Under the pieces are notes generated by a model. The model saw only the letters and a list, made by a program, of their open reading frames with translations. It had not been told where the DNA came from and searched no databases. This document shows, in pieces, positions 36,671 to 49,056 of a DNA stretch of 60,202 nt; position 1 is the first letter of the stretch, and each line of letters begins with the position of its first letter. Both the position numbers and the translations under genes were made by a program. Source of the DNA: Octopus sinensis (lineage: Eukaryota); the NCBI RefSeq assembly GCF_006345805.1, contig NW_021833669.1, positions 1-60,202 on the forward strand, written 5' to 3'.

Positions 36671-37648
36671 CATATACATACATATTCATTTATATATACC
36701 TATTTATACATACATATCTATATACATACATATATATATATACATACACATACACACACATATATATAATATCAGAAAAGGCATAAATGATGGGCGTTAT
36801 ATATTTTCTTCTTCGTGCAGTTTTGACTCGTAGTTGCTTTTGCATAGCATTAGAGCGTCTATCATTCGAAGCGCAGACTCTGACGAAGATAGCATTAGTT
36901 TTTTTTTTTTTTTCTAGAAGCAGCTGTAAGTCTTTTGCACGAATAAAGGAATACGTAAAGCTCATTACTTATGCTATTTTATTGTATATTACTCTGTGAA
37001 AACGACTAGTTTAACTGGGAAAACAACCATGGGTTTACAAAACTGACTGATGATGGACTCCAGTATCGGACCCTGTCATAGGATCATGTGGAGTTCTTTA
37101 CTAATCTGAAGACGTTTTGTTAGCCTGATGTATTTGTAGCAACAGAACTTCTGAAGTATTTGGCCCGGATTGACTATCTTTCATTAATAACTTTGAAAGG
37201 CCCTGAATAAAAATCGCATGGATGCTGCTCTTCTCTAACTGACTAAACTGTAATAATAATAAAAAAATATATGCAACTAATATACTTTTTGTTACGTACT
37301 ACTATCTAGAGATAAATTAATAAAATGAAAAATAAAACAGATTATGTGTAATATAGTTATGGCCACTTATTTTATTAATGCCTTGTCAATTTGTCAATGA
37401 AAAAATGGAGGACGTACTGTTATTGATATATGCTTGAGGGACATCAGTCGCCTTAAGCCTGCCCTGCATTGATCTTCTAATCAGATATTAGATTAACTTC
37501 TAACATTGAAGAATACAAAAATCCTTTCAGAATTAAAATTTCAAATAAGGAATTAAGATGTTGGATAGAGAAGTAATCCTTTAAAAATACAGAAATCTGT
37601 GATCGATATGAAGCAACTGGTTATGTCCGTTCTAAAGCTGATTCTTAA

Positions 37649-37853
37649 TTAACCTTTTGTATTCCGAATACTATTTCAAATGTAATTTTTATTTATTTAC
37701 ATTGTTTTCAATTTATCTTATAGCTTTGGGATTTCGATGATGTGATTATTTTCAATATGACGTTGTCGGATAGGTGCGAGAAGCTGGACCTGGCCAGTTT
37801 GAAATTGAAACAAGTATAATATTAGAGCCGGATATGGCTGGTTAAAATGTTAA
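37649..37853. mobile_element. TTAA-bounded (piggyBac-like) MITE, diverged
   Basis: TTAA at 37649-37652 and 37850-37853 bound a ~200 bp non-coding unit with weak CCTTT../..AAATG termini; TIRs are poorly preserved. Confidence 0.4.
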
Positions 37854-38265
37854 AGTGTTGAATCTATTATTTTGCTTGCTCCTTGTATATTACTGGTACA
37901 CTTCTAAACGGCATTTGTGATATGAAAATTCAAAAGCAAACACATCTTCGACGAGTGACACTATCGAAGTCACATAATTATGTAGTTGCATTTTTGGTGT
38001 GGTGATGGAGCGAGAGGGTTGAAGGTGAAGGATCCCATCCCGTTATTTAGTCAAAACGAAGTGTTCAAAGACATTGGCAACAACATAAACAGAATATTCA
38101 AAGAAATAATCAGAAACATTCTCTTCATAGCTTAAATTTAGATTGTTTCTATAACAAATATAGCGATTAGCTTCACAACCAAAACGCATAGGCACACACA
38201 CACATTCATATATACACGCGCGTGCATACATACACACAATCGCACACAATTATACTCATACATAC

Positions 38266-38361
<96 letters not shown>

Positions 38362-39437
38362 CACAAGTATACACTATCACATACATACACACATAAACAA
38401 GCTAGTTCGCACCTACACACGTATGTACAGACGAAGCTCATAAAACAAAGCAAAAATGTAAAGAAAGCCATTTCGATTTGAAGACAACTTCTATTAGATA
38501 TTAAACAATGATAGTTTATGATAAGAAAACTTGCTACCATCTTAACCAATGATATTCCGTGACCCACAAGGGTCATAGAATTGTATTAACCATAGTTTTC
38601 TGTCAAAATTTAATTATAGATTGTCTATAATTCATAGATATTAGAAAATGAAAATTCTTTTTAAAAAAAATGTCAAAGAAAGAAACAAATAAAATATTCC
38701 CGGCATTCAATGCAAACCTAGAGTTGGTTGATGTGGGAGTGGGAGAGAAATGGGTGAGAATAAAGAGGACAGAGAGGGAGAAAGGAAGTAGTGAACACGA
38801 GAGGAAAGGAATTTAAAGAAGGTGAATGAAAGTGAGACACTCAGAAAGACGAAGAGAGAGAGAGATAGAGAGAGAGAGATAGAGAGAGAGAAGAGAGAGA
38901 GAGACAAAGAGCAACAGAGAGAAAGAGAAAGAGAATAGAGAGAGAGAATCAAGAAAGAGGAAGGGCGGGAGACAGAAAGAGAGACAGAGTGAGAGAGAGG
39001 GAGAGAGAGAGATAGAGGTAGAGTATTATGTGTATGTATGTATGTACGTACGTATGTTTTTTTGCTTTTTTTATTTTTTATTTTTTGTTGTGTTGTGTTG
39101 AGAGCTGTCGTGTATAAAATAAATTCTGGTCGAGTCGAATCTGCGACATAAGTTTCGGGTTTCAAATCCCAGATGGATTAAAATTTTAAAATTCCCAAAT
39201 AAAGAAAAATAAAGAAAGTAATACATATAATGATTTATAGCCAGAAGGCTAAGATTCATGAGTTCCTATTCTACAGACTCTATACACCACCTTAGCAAAC
39301 TACATCTGAAATAGATTTCTTGATTAGCCATAGAGGAAAATTTATGAATAAACAGAGGATTGTGGCTACATACATACATACATACATACATACATACATA
39401 CATACATACATACATACAACATACATACATATGTATA

Positions 39438-39985
39438 CGAGGGTAAATCAAAAGTAATACACAGTCGTGTTCCAGTACTTTATTAAAACAAAAGCAGGGT
39501 TTGAACAATTACGTCATTTATCGATATAGTTTCCTTCCTTTTCGATGCACTCCTTCCAGTGGTTCACAGGCATGCTTATTCCATCGGAGAAGAAGATTTT
39601 CGGCTGGTCACGGAATAATTTCTGCGCTTCTTCATCTTTAGCAAATCGACAATCTCGTAAAGGATATTTGACCGGTCCATAAGAGGTGATAGCCGGAAGG
39701 AATGACATCAGGACGATAAGCAGGGTATTGCAGCATCTGGAAAACCAGTGTTTCAAAGGTGTTGAGAGGCTGTAAGTGAGCGTGCATTGTCATGCAATAA
39801 TAACACTTACTTGACAATCGACCTCGGCGTATGGTGCGAATTGTGGCTTTCAATTTGTTTGCCAGAATTTCACTGTAGCATACACTGGTAATTATAAAAC
39901 CCTTTTCCAGGTAATGTTCCACTATTGGGCCTTTTGTTTCTGCAAAACTTTTAGGATCACTTTTTCTGCGGAAGGTTGAGAGTAA
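39438..39985 (-). mobile_element. mariner transposon 3' remnant with one TIR
   Basis: Frameshifted EHYLEKGFIITSVCYSEIL..LKATIRTIRRG, QYPAYRPDV(YSPDL-like), LRDCRFAKDEEAQK, FFSDGI..HWKECIEKEGNYIDK. TA plus CGAGGGTAAATCAAAAG TIR at 39436-39454. Confidence 0.88.
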
Positions 39986-40014
39986 AATATGTAAGTATGT
40001 ATGTATATATTTTC

Positions 40015-40262
40015 ACGTGTGTGTCTGTGTTTGTGTTTGTCCGCCATCATCGTTTGACAATCGGTGTTGGTGTGTTTACGTGCCTGTAACCTAGTGGTTC
40101 GGCAAAAGAGACCGATGAAATAGTACTAGCTTTAAGAAATAAGTACTGGGTTCGACTTGTTCGACTAAAATCCCTTCAAGGCGGTGCACCAGCATGTCTG
40201 CAGTCAAATGACTGAAACAAGTAAAAGGACCACAGTCGCATAGCTGAAACGAGTAAATGAGT
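40015..40262 (+). mobile_element. CORE-SINE 3' tail
   Basis: GTTCGGCAAAAGAGACCGATG..AAGGCGGTGCACCAGCATGTCTGCAGTCAAATGACTGAAAC. Confidence 0.85.
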
Positions 40263-40280
40263 AATGTGTGTATGTGTATG

Positions 40281-40312
<32 letters not shown>

Positions 40313-40613
40313 TATGTGTGTGTATTCCAGGAGTAGCAAGTGGCAAGTTCCAACTTCTTTAAGAGCTATAAGCGTTATATATATATATATAATATATATA
40401 TATATATATTATATATATATATATATATTATATATATATATATAAGTACGAAGCGAGATAGGGGTTATGAGTGTAACCCACTATGGGATATCATTTATCC
40501 AATATACTGCCAGTAAAGTACCCAGAAGGCTAATACATAAATCCTAAGAATTGCAATGCAATTAATTCATTTATTGTATTATATGGGCGAATGTGAAATG
40601 TTTTACCTCAAAT

Positions 40614-40687
40614 TCAATCATCAACTTCCAGATAATACCAATTCATATAATTTTATGAATTGGTATTATCTGGAAGTTGATGATTGA
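40614..40687. repeat. Perfect 34-bp inverted repeat with 6-nt loop
   Basis: TCAATCATCAACTTCCAGATAATACCAATTCATA-TAATTT-TATGAATTGGTATTATCTGGAAGTTGATGATTGA. Confidence 0.97.
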
Positions 40688-40720
40688 TAGAAATTTATTC
40701 CTCCATTTTCTTATTTTGTG

Positions 40721-40770
<50 letters not shown>

Positions 40771-40830
40771 GAGAGAGAGAGAGGGAGAGAGAGAGAGAGA
40801 TATATAGATATATATATAGATATAGATATA

Positions 40831-41560
40831 GGAAATTGCTAAGATGATCTGGTTCTTGACTGATGACTGAGGGCTTCGAATGTCCCGTCCTGTGGTTCTT
40901 GTGTCGTCTCTGTGGTGTTTCATGTTCTTGTCCATGTCTGTAATATTTTTACTGTTTCCTATTTAATCGGCGGCTACGTATCCACAATTGTCCTTATACG
41001 ATAATAATATTTTTTCTCTAGCATTGATACGACTCTTAATCTGTCTCTTCTCTCTCTCTCTCCTCTCCCCCCTTATTCCCCTTCCTTTCTTTTTTTCCTT
41101 TTCCCTCTCATCCGTCTCTTTCCCCCCCCCCCCGCTTCTTACGTTTCTCTATCTCTTCCTCACCTCCAGCCCCCTCGATCTGTCTCTTCTTTTCTTCTCC
41201 TCCCTCGTCCACCTTCTCTCTCTTCTTTTCATCTGTCCCTTTCTCCTGTCTTTTGTTCTCACGTGACCGCTAGCCGCTGTTGAGCGCTCTTTTCGTTCCC
41301 CAGTCGCAGAAGCAACACGTATTTGTTCGTCTCCCTGCGGCCATTAGGCACAACTTCACAAGCCAGCACCCATACTCAACTCGTCCTGTCGAAAGACCCT
41401 TGTCCTACGTCCTGGTTTCGTTTTGTTGTTTATTTTTTTTTTTACCGTTATTGTTTTTACGTTTTTGTATTCTTTTGGTTGTCACGTATTCTGTATTTTT
41501 GTTCGTGTACTTCGTTCGTTTTCCGTCCTCGTGTTGAAGTGTATATAAATGTATGTACAT
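40831..41560 (+). mobile_element. Non-coding repeat family X, circularly permuted copy
   Basis: Begins at GAAATTGC..GACTGATGA..CTTCGAATGTCCCGTC, then CGGCGGCTACGT, the pyrimidine tract, CACGTGACCG and GTCGAAAGAC. It therefore starts with the module that ends the 17048 and 32260 copies. Confidence 0.7.
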
Positions 41561-41592
41561 TTTTTCAATGTAGTAACTACTAAGCCTAGTAT

Positions 41593-42020
41593 ACCTGCGT
41601 TTAACTCCATTTATTTATATATATTATACAAAGTAGGCTGTTACAAACCTTGGTACTTATGTGAACTTTTGCTACCGTGGTAACTATTTATTTATATTTT
41701 TCGTGTCATTTGTAAACATTGAAAACATACACATACATTTATATACACTTCAATCAGGTTTCCATATTAACCTGCTAATAAAACAGTTACCACATATGGA
41801 GCTATTTGAAGTATAAAGATTTGAATAACACCTGCGTTTAACTCCATTTATTTATTTATCAATGTCATACAAAAACATTTCACCAAAGCCTGGAATTCCT
41901 ACCTTTATAAGTACGTTGTTACATCCTTGGTACTTATGTGAACTTTTGCTACCCTAGTAACTGTTTAAGTTTTCCGTGTTATTTGTAAACACTGAAAAAA
42001 TAGACTTACATTTATATATA
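41593..42020. repeat. Diverged tandem duplication, period ~238 bp
   Basis: ACCTGCGTTTAACTCCATTTATTT and CCTTGGTACTTATGTGAACTTTT..GCTACC each occur twice in the same order. Confidence 0.8.
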
Positions 42021-42021
42021 T

Positions 42022-42211
42022 ATTCTTTTACCCTTTTACACGTTTCAGTCATTTGACTGAGGCCATGCTACAGCATCGCCTTTAGTCGAAGAAATCGAAG
42101 GGCTTATTCTTTGTATGCCTAGTACATATTCTGTCGGTCTTTTCTGCAGAACCGTTAAGTTTCGGGGGCATAAACACCAGCGATGGTGGGGCACAAACAC
42201 AAACACAAAGA

Positions 42212-42242
<31 letters not shown>

Positions 42243-42253
42243 CACCACACACA

Positions 42254-42334
<81 letters not shown>

Positions 42335-42492
42335 TATACACACACACACACACGACGGGCTTCTTTCAGTTTCCACCAACAAGATCCACTCAGAGGTCTT
42401 TGGTCAGCCCGAGGCTATAATAGAAGACACTTGACCAAGGTGCCACGCAGTGGGACTGAACGCGGAACCGTTCTTACCACTCAGCCACGCCT
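42022..42492 (-). mobile_element. Near full-length CORE-SINE with internal (TG)n/(TA)n expansion
   Basis: Head GGCGTGGCTGAGTGGTAAG..GTTCAGTCCCACTGCG, CORE CACCTTGGTCAAGTGTCTTC, microsatellite 42205-42352, tail ..GCATGGCCTCAGTCAAATGACTGAAAC. Confidence 0.9.
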
Positions 42493-42498
42493 ATATAT

Positions 42499-45400
42499 AC
42501 CGTTTTACTCGGCTTCGAAGACGTTTCGTTCTCGAGGAGGCACCCTAATTTTGACAACCAAAAATCTAAAAAGAAAATGATAAACATAAAAATAAGGTCC
42601 CGTCTTTTCGGGTCTTGTTACCTTTAAAGATGCAGTAGAAAAAAAATCACTATAACCTCTAGCAGGCCACTTAAAATCTTCCTAGCATTCATTTTAGCTG
42701 TTTGTCTAACACTTATTTGCGCTATCCCTTACGTTGACTAACCGTGACTATTTCCCGTTGTGAACCCACACTCGCATCTGTAAAACTAACAAACGGCAGC
42801 ACTCACCTATCTTCCCAATTTGTTTTGTGGGACCATCAGTACAGAGATATGGTATAGTAAGTTTACTCTCAACGTTTACGTCTACCGTTATGTACCCACT
42901 GTAATACTGAAACTACACTACGACAGGGATGGATTCAGATGGGTTGGACACAAGGAGAATGAAAACACCCCCAACCAAGTAACTTCAAATTTGACTGTTT
43001 TGTTTAAATATGTATGATGGAAAACATATTTTTGTACCAGCAACAAACAACCCTTAAAGGATCCAATCTAAAAATTAAGTTTTTAAGCACCCCTGAACAT
43101 ATTGCACTGTCATTTCATTCATCAATTTCAATGAATGAGACCTCATACCCCTCCCCCACTAGAAATTTTTGGATCCACTCCTGCATTACGATACTCCAGT
43201 TCGACTGCTCAATGACGCAGTGATTTTCGTCTTATGTGTTTCGTCAGTAAGGTTCCTGGCCGATAGTGTCTCGGCTCATGCAATTGGACGGGGCTACAGC
43301 TGGTGCAGTATTTCAAGATTTTGATAGTACTGGATGTAAACTGATACAGTACTTTGTTCCAGACAAAGGAAAAACTAAACTCCACAACAGGAAAATTATT
43401 GTGAGAAATACAGAATAACATTTTATTGCAGTTACACTTTGTAAAATTACCACATGAATATTACATCCCAAATGGAACAAAATAAAAATAGAATAAAGAT
43501 TACAGTAAAATCTACACAATAAAAAGCATTTCAATCAAAAAATCCTGAAAATATTTTGCTTATTGCTACCATTTATAGAAGTACCACACAAACATGACAT
43601 CCCAAATAAAACAAGATAAAAACAGAACAGAGATTAAAATCTGCACAATTGAATTATTACAAATAAGAAAACAAATTTTAATCTTCAAATCCTGAAAATA
43701 TTTCACGTTATTACCATTTGTAAAACTTTCACACGGACATGACAAAACAAACGTTACAATTAAAATACAATTGAAAAATATTAAAAAGTGTGCAAATATT
43801 AAACGTACGAGTATAAGGAAAATATTTCACTCTTCAAATCCTGAAAGCTGATAGCCCCAAAACCAGAAAAATCATCAGGGCTGACAGCACTGTCTGAAGT
43901 GTCACTATCTTCAAACAGCATGTCCATCTTCTCTGCCATCTAATGCTTTACTGATGTCACATTTTTTAAAAGATTTTACTACTACTTAAATTGTCACAGC
44001 GCTACATGATTTCAGGACCCACTCGCACACCTTTTCAAATTACCTGTTGGTGTTAGGTCATGGACCTTGGCTCTTATCTACTGTTTCCATTATTCTTTCA
44101 TAAATGCCTTAAAAGACTTGTTGATTGATACGTCCAGTGGTTGTAATTGGCTTGTTAAACCATTAGAGATCAATGCCATTTCCGTTTTCAATTTCTACAC
44201 CTTTTCTTTAATAGCCTTTGTTTTGTGGACACGAAACTGGTCCCATACAAGAAGAGATGATTTTTTAAGGAGGCCACCGGAACGCCTTGACTAGAACTTA
44301 TCTAGCCATAAATTCTCTCCCTTTTTATCCATCCATCCAACCCCTTGGATGAACGTAAGCAAATATTCCACGTGGAATTTTGTCTTTTGGCAAAGTTTTC
44401 CTCTTGAAAATAAGCAGTAGTGACAATTTTGTTCCATCAGCACAACACAACAGTACCACAGTAAAATGGGTTTTCTTATGTCCAGATGTCTATACACTTA
44501 CGGTTTTGAACCCTTTAACATCCACTATTCTATTTGATACCATATTAAACGTTAGTGACACCTCATTCATATTTCCTATCTGACCCAGCTCGTAGTCGGT
44601 CTCTTTTCTTGCACTGATTATTTTGTTATCATAATCTCTTCAGGCATTGTTTGAGCTATTCTTATTTTGATTCTCATTGCCAGTCCGTGCTTCTTCGTGA
44701 ATCTGTAACACTAGCTTGATGTGCCACGGAAATCATTCAGACCTCGTGCTGTTGCCCTCATTTTTAATTCATTAATAATCATTTTATTGAAACTGCAAGA
44801 CCCGAATTACTTTACGTAACTATCCACTCCTTCATCTCTTGTTCCAATTCTGGCCACTGAGCTGCAGTGTGAAGCCTCAACAGGTCTTCTTGTTTCTTCC
44901 AGTAGCGGATCATTTTCTTAGTTAGCGGTGCTCCAAAATGCCTCTCTGCAGCCCTGTTGCCATTGTGTTTGGCATGTTCAATCACATGTAGCTTGTAGCC
45001 GATTGTATAAGAGTATCTTCTGCTTGAGTTTGCCATAATAACGGTTGTGCTAAAAATTTTAAGTAAAACCTTCTGAAGTTGCGGATCTCTCCTAACGTCA
45101 GCAGGTCCAAGTTTGAACCGGTTAAGACCACGGGTTTCAGAGATCAAGGAGGAAGCCTATATTGCTGTTTGAACACAACACGTTTCATCACAGAAAGTAT
45201 GTAATTACGGTAGTACTGTTATTAATATTTGCAAATAAACCATTTTAATATACCTCAGTTTTACTTCTTTCACTTATTCATTTATGATTCACTTAATAAT
45301 GATCCCTAAAAGTCAAGTTGATTGAAGAGAGTGACAATACCGGCAGTATAGATGAACATGTAAAATATCACTCTTCAGTTGCCTCGACTAGCATACACTG

Positions 45401-45635
45401 CTCATATGGGAATGAAGTTTTGAGATTGCGTATATTAAAAAAAATTATGATACTTTTGTTGATTTACTATCTTAACAAAGTATAAATTATACAGGGGTTC
45501 AGATTACTGTCTGGCATAGATAATTTTCCTCTAGTGTTAGGATATGTCTATGAAAAATGCAGCCTCCGGCCTCCAGGTATGTTTTCGAGATTTATTGTAG
45601 GAAAAAGTAGCGTCTTCGACGCCGGAATTTACGGT
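42499..45635 (-). mobile_element. Decayed full-length pogo-family DNA transposon with both TIRs
   Basis: Imperfect TIRs ACCGTTTTACTCGGCTTCGAAGACG (42499-42523) and the reverse complement ACCGTAAATTCCGGCGTCGAAGACG (45611-45635). The disrupted transposase (~45036 to ~43850) reads MANSSRRYSYTIGYKLHVIEHAK..GNRAAERHFG (Brinker-type HTH), WPELEQEMKEW, GNMNEV, SGHKKTHFTVVL.CCADGTKL, PRGWMD, and an acidic end EDSDTSDS..DDFSGFG. Confidence 0.85.
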
Positions 45636-45669
45636 GTATATATATTTTGGTGCTCTTTCTGGGTAGACA

Positions 45670-45915
45670 TCAATTCGGTGTGGAGTTCCTCTGGGAACTG
45701 TACTGGGCCCACTACTATTTGTCGTGGCTTTCTCAAACATGCCCTTAGTCGTACAGTCAGCCACTCTCACCAGCTACACTGATGATACAAATGTATCTCA
45801 GGCGGTCAAAGACCCTGATGACAGTAAAACTGCAAAATTTCTATCTGAAATCCCAGATGAGCTCACATTACAGCAGGCGGCAAAGAAGAGCGGCTTCATT
45901 CAACTGGCTTCTTCG
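45670..45915 (+). mobile_element. CR1/L2-type LINE fragment, RT motifs joined to the ORF2 C-terminus by internal deletion
   Basis: GVPLGTVLGPLLFVV..NMP...LTSYTDDT (GVPQG..LGPLLF / YADD), directly followed by KFLSEIPDE. Confidence 0.8.
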
Positions 45916-46409
45916 CCAACGACATTACCAAAAAGAGATTTAAAAAACACTGAAACACGGTGCTCCAGCATGACCCCAGCCTTTGGATGAAACCAAAGAA
46001 CATATATATATGTGTGTGTATGTGCATGTATGTGTGAATGTGTGTGCGCGTGTGCATGCGTGTGTGTGTGTGTACATATGCATGTGGCGTGTGTGTATAA
46101 ATATATAAATATATATATATACATTAATATACATAAATATATATTCATATATAAGAGTTTATAATGATATATCCACAGAGAGAACACCCTTGACAGGACT
46201 TCTTACATACTAAAAATGGCATTAACTAATACTAATAATTTTTTTATTCGAGTGCCATGAACGGAGTGTCTTTGGAATTATTGTTTTCGTAGCTTGGGCT
46301 TAACTGCCCTTTTTAGCATATGCAATATATTTGTCATCCCATTGAAAGATATCGAGTAATCCTTCGAAATAATAGTAGCCGTTTTTATACTTATGAATAT
46401 TTCTTGTGA

Positions 46410-46465
<56 letters not shown>

Positions 46466-46681
46466 TGTGTGCGTGCGTTTGTGTGAGTGTGTGTGTTCGT
46501 AGGCTTGTTACATTTAAGTTGGTTTGTAAAAATTTAAAAAGATCTCATTTGAGACACGACATAATGAGAAAGACCACCAGGCTTATCTACTAGTTACACA
46601 TCGTGAATCACTGGAAATTTTATCCTAAGAGCAGTCCTTTATGTTAAATCCTCGTCAATATTGAAGAGCAATTTAACAAAC

Positions 46682-47490
46682 ATATTGGTTTCTGATTTAG
46701 GCTGAAAGCCAGCAATTTTATGGTGAATGAACTAGTCGAGATCATCATCGCCAATACTTGGGTTGTATTGTATTTTATCGACTTCAAATTGGTGAAAAGC
46801 GAAGTAACCTAATGGGAATTCAAACTGAAAATATAGAGAGCAAAGACGACATAGCTTTTGTTTTATGATCAAGTGATTTTGCTAAGTCGTCGTCTTCAGC
46901 TCAGCAAATATATTAAAAATGCCTTTTGATGTAGATAAAGGTAAAAAAAAAAAATGACAGGAAAACGAAGCAGATAGTCCAAAGTCACGGATGATTTGTA
47001 ACTCCGAGGAAGGGATATAATACAAGTAGTAGACAACTTTGCATTGTGCAAATAAAATATTGGGTTCAAATTTTAGCGCATGGTCAGAAATTTCGGTAGA
47101 GGTGGGTACGTCAATTACATCAATACCAATGCTCGATTGATACTTATTTTATCGAGCCCGAAAGGATGAAATGCAAAGTCGACCTCGGTGGCATTTGAAA
47201 TCAGAACATAAAAACGGACGAAATGCTGTTGGCTAACGATTCTGCCCGCTCGCTGCCTTAAAGCCGAAGAATATTGGTTACAAGTCTTAGCACAAAACCT
47301 GCAATTTCGGTGGAGATGGTAAGTCGATTACATTGACCCCAGTGCTCAGCTGGTAATTATCTTATCAAACGCGAAAGGATGAAAAACAAAGTTGATCTCG
47401 GCATTATCTGAACTCAGAACGTAAAGACGTATGAAATACCGTTAAAGATTTTTCCAGCGTGCTAACGATTCTGTCAGCTCTGCACTTTAG
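46682..47490 (-). mobile_element. Three Deu/Nin-domain SINE copies (46682-46850, 47060-47272, 47273-47490)
   Basis: Reverse-complement cores GAAAGGATGAAA(T/G)GCAAAGTCGACCTCGG and heads GCTAACGATTCTG(C/T)C. Confidence 0.85.
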
Positions 47491-47654
47491 AATCAAAGAT
47501 TATTAAAAAACATATATCATAAGTAGAAAAAAACGCATTTGCATTGCCAGCTATAACATGAATCTATTGTATTGAACTGGAATGTGACAGAACAAATCTA
47601 CTAGTAACAATAACACATACTGTACAATAAGTTTGTCACCCAACGACTGCAGAT

Positions 47655-48760
47655 TTCTACCTCCCTATAGGCTATGGTAGGATTTGAACTTAGTCCAACT
47701 TTCTTACAGTTCTGCCAGTCGATTGCCTTAGAGTGGAACTTATTTATCGATCTCGAAAGGACGAAAGATAAAGTTTAACTCTTTGACGAATAGAATATGG
47801 CAAGGTATTGTTGAACGCTAGGGAGCAATGTAAGAAGACAGTCATTAATATTGCCGCATACTTTTACAAGAAATAGTATGTGTCTTTATTCACTGTGATT
47901 TAAAATGGCATGAAATCAATTATACCTGAAGCAATAAAATTTTCAAAAAAATTGGTCCAGACGTGAAACAGTTATGGCGCATCGATTAATAGTGATGAAC
48001 GATCATAAAAGCTATGCCGTCCCCTGGACAATATTTTCACGAACTTGATGCCCGATATATGAATTTAAAAAAATCTTATCGCTTGTCTATGTGCATTTAT
48101 TCGGTTTGTACAAGTCAGGAAAAGAAACAATATTCGCAGTGCAGGAAGAGATAATTTCCATTAGATGTATTAAAATTATATCCACAACTCTTATAAATAT
48201 AGTTGACGTATGTCGTATTGAAGAGCATTTACTGAAACAATACACCAGTCCTAGCGGCCAAGAAAACTGCTTGAAGCAAAAGCTCTCTGGTGCTCACATC
48301 AACCGCGATCTGTCTCAGAAAATGACAGTGTAAAAATTTTATGAAATGGTAGCTTACAGACAGATTGACAGATAGCAGATAATAAACTTGACATCATTCT
48401 CCATGACAAAAATGACAATAACGTATTAATTATCAATATTGCAATACCAAATGACTATAGTGTTGTGTACACGAGAGCTATGAAGCTATGAAATTACACC
48501 GACACATGTTGAAATAATAAAAAAAAAAGTTAATTTTTCTAACTTTTGTAATTGATATAACTGGAGTGGTATACAACCATTTGAGTAACGACTTGATATA
48601 TTACCTACAAATTTGTGAGTTCAAATCCCGACGCGGTAAACTTTACCTTTCGTCATTTCGGGGTGGATAAAAAAGTTCTAATCCAAAGCAGTCGACTGAC
48701 AGAACTGTAAGAAAGTTGGACTGAGTTCAAATCCTACCATAGCCAAATGAGTGGTAGATA
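47655..48760. repeat. ~125 bp inverted repeat pair (47655-47780 / 48640-48760) made of a SINE tail-head junction
   Basis: 57-bp core 47670-47726 versus the reverse complement of 48688-48744 has 3 mismatches; homology extends into the Deu core on both sides. Confidence 0.85.
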
Positions 48761-48844
48761 TAATCCGTCGCTTGATATAAAGCCCCCATTTGGCCCTTTT
48801 GGTGCTATTAGCGGGGTTCACTCTGTGGTATATATTCAAGCCTG

Positions 48845-49056
48845 TTCCTCTTATTTCTTTACTGCCCACTGAGGGGACAAACAAAGACAGACAAACGGAT
48901 TAAGTCGATTATATCGGCCCTAGTATGCAACTGGTACCTATTTAATCGACCCCGAAAGGATGAAAAGCAAAGTCGACCTCGGCGGAATTTGAACTCAGAA
49001 CGTAGCGGCAGACGAAATACTAAGCATTTCGCCAGGCGTGCTAACGATTCTGCCAG
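48845..49056 (-). mobile_element. Deu/Nin-domain SINE, well preserved
   Basis: ATCGACCCCGAAAGGATGAAAAGCAAAGTCGACCTCGGCGGAATTTGAACTCAGAACG..GCTAACGATTCTGCCAG. Confidence 0.92.

Noticed and set aside
37047-37077. CTGATGA...GGACCCTGTC
   Set aside because: No GAAA box and no helix I.
43214-43247. Minus-strand CTGACGA...GAAA...GTC
   Set aside because: No stem II, and helices I and III are unpaired; the only pairing is TGACG/CGTCA, which is incompatible with a hammerhead.
45815-45836. CTGATGA-CAGT-AAA-ACTG-CAAA, hammerhead-like with perfect stem II
   Set aside because: G12 is C, helices I and III do not form, and it lies in LINE RT coding sequence (KDPDDSKT) at a deletion junction; likely chance.
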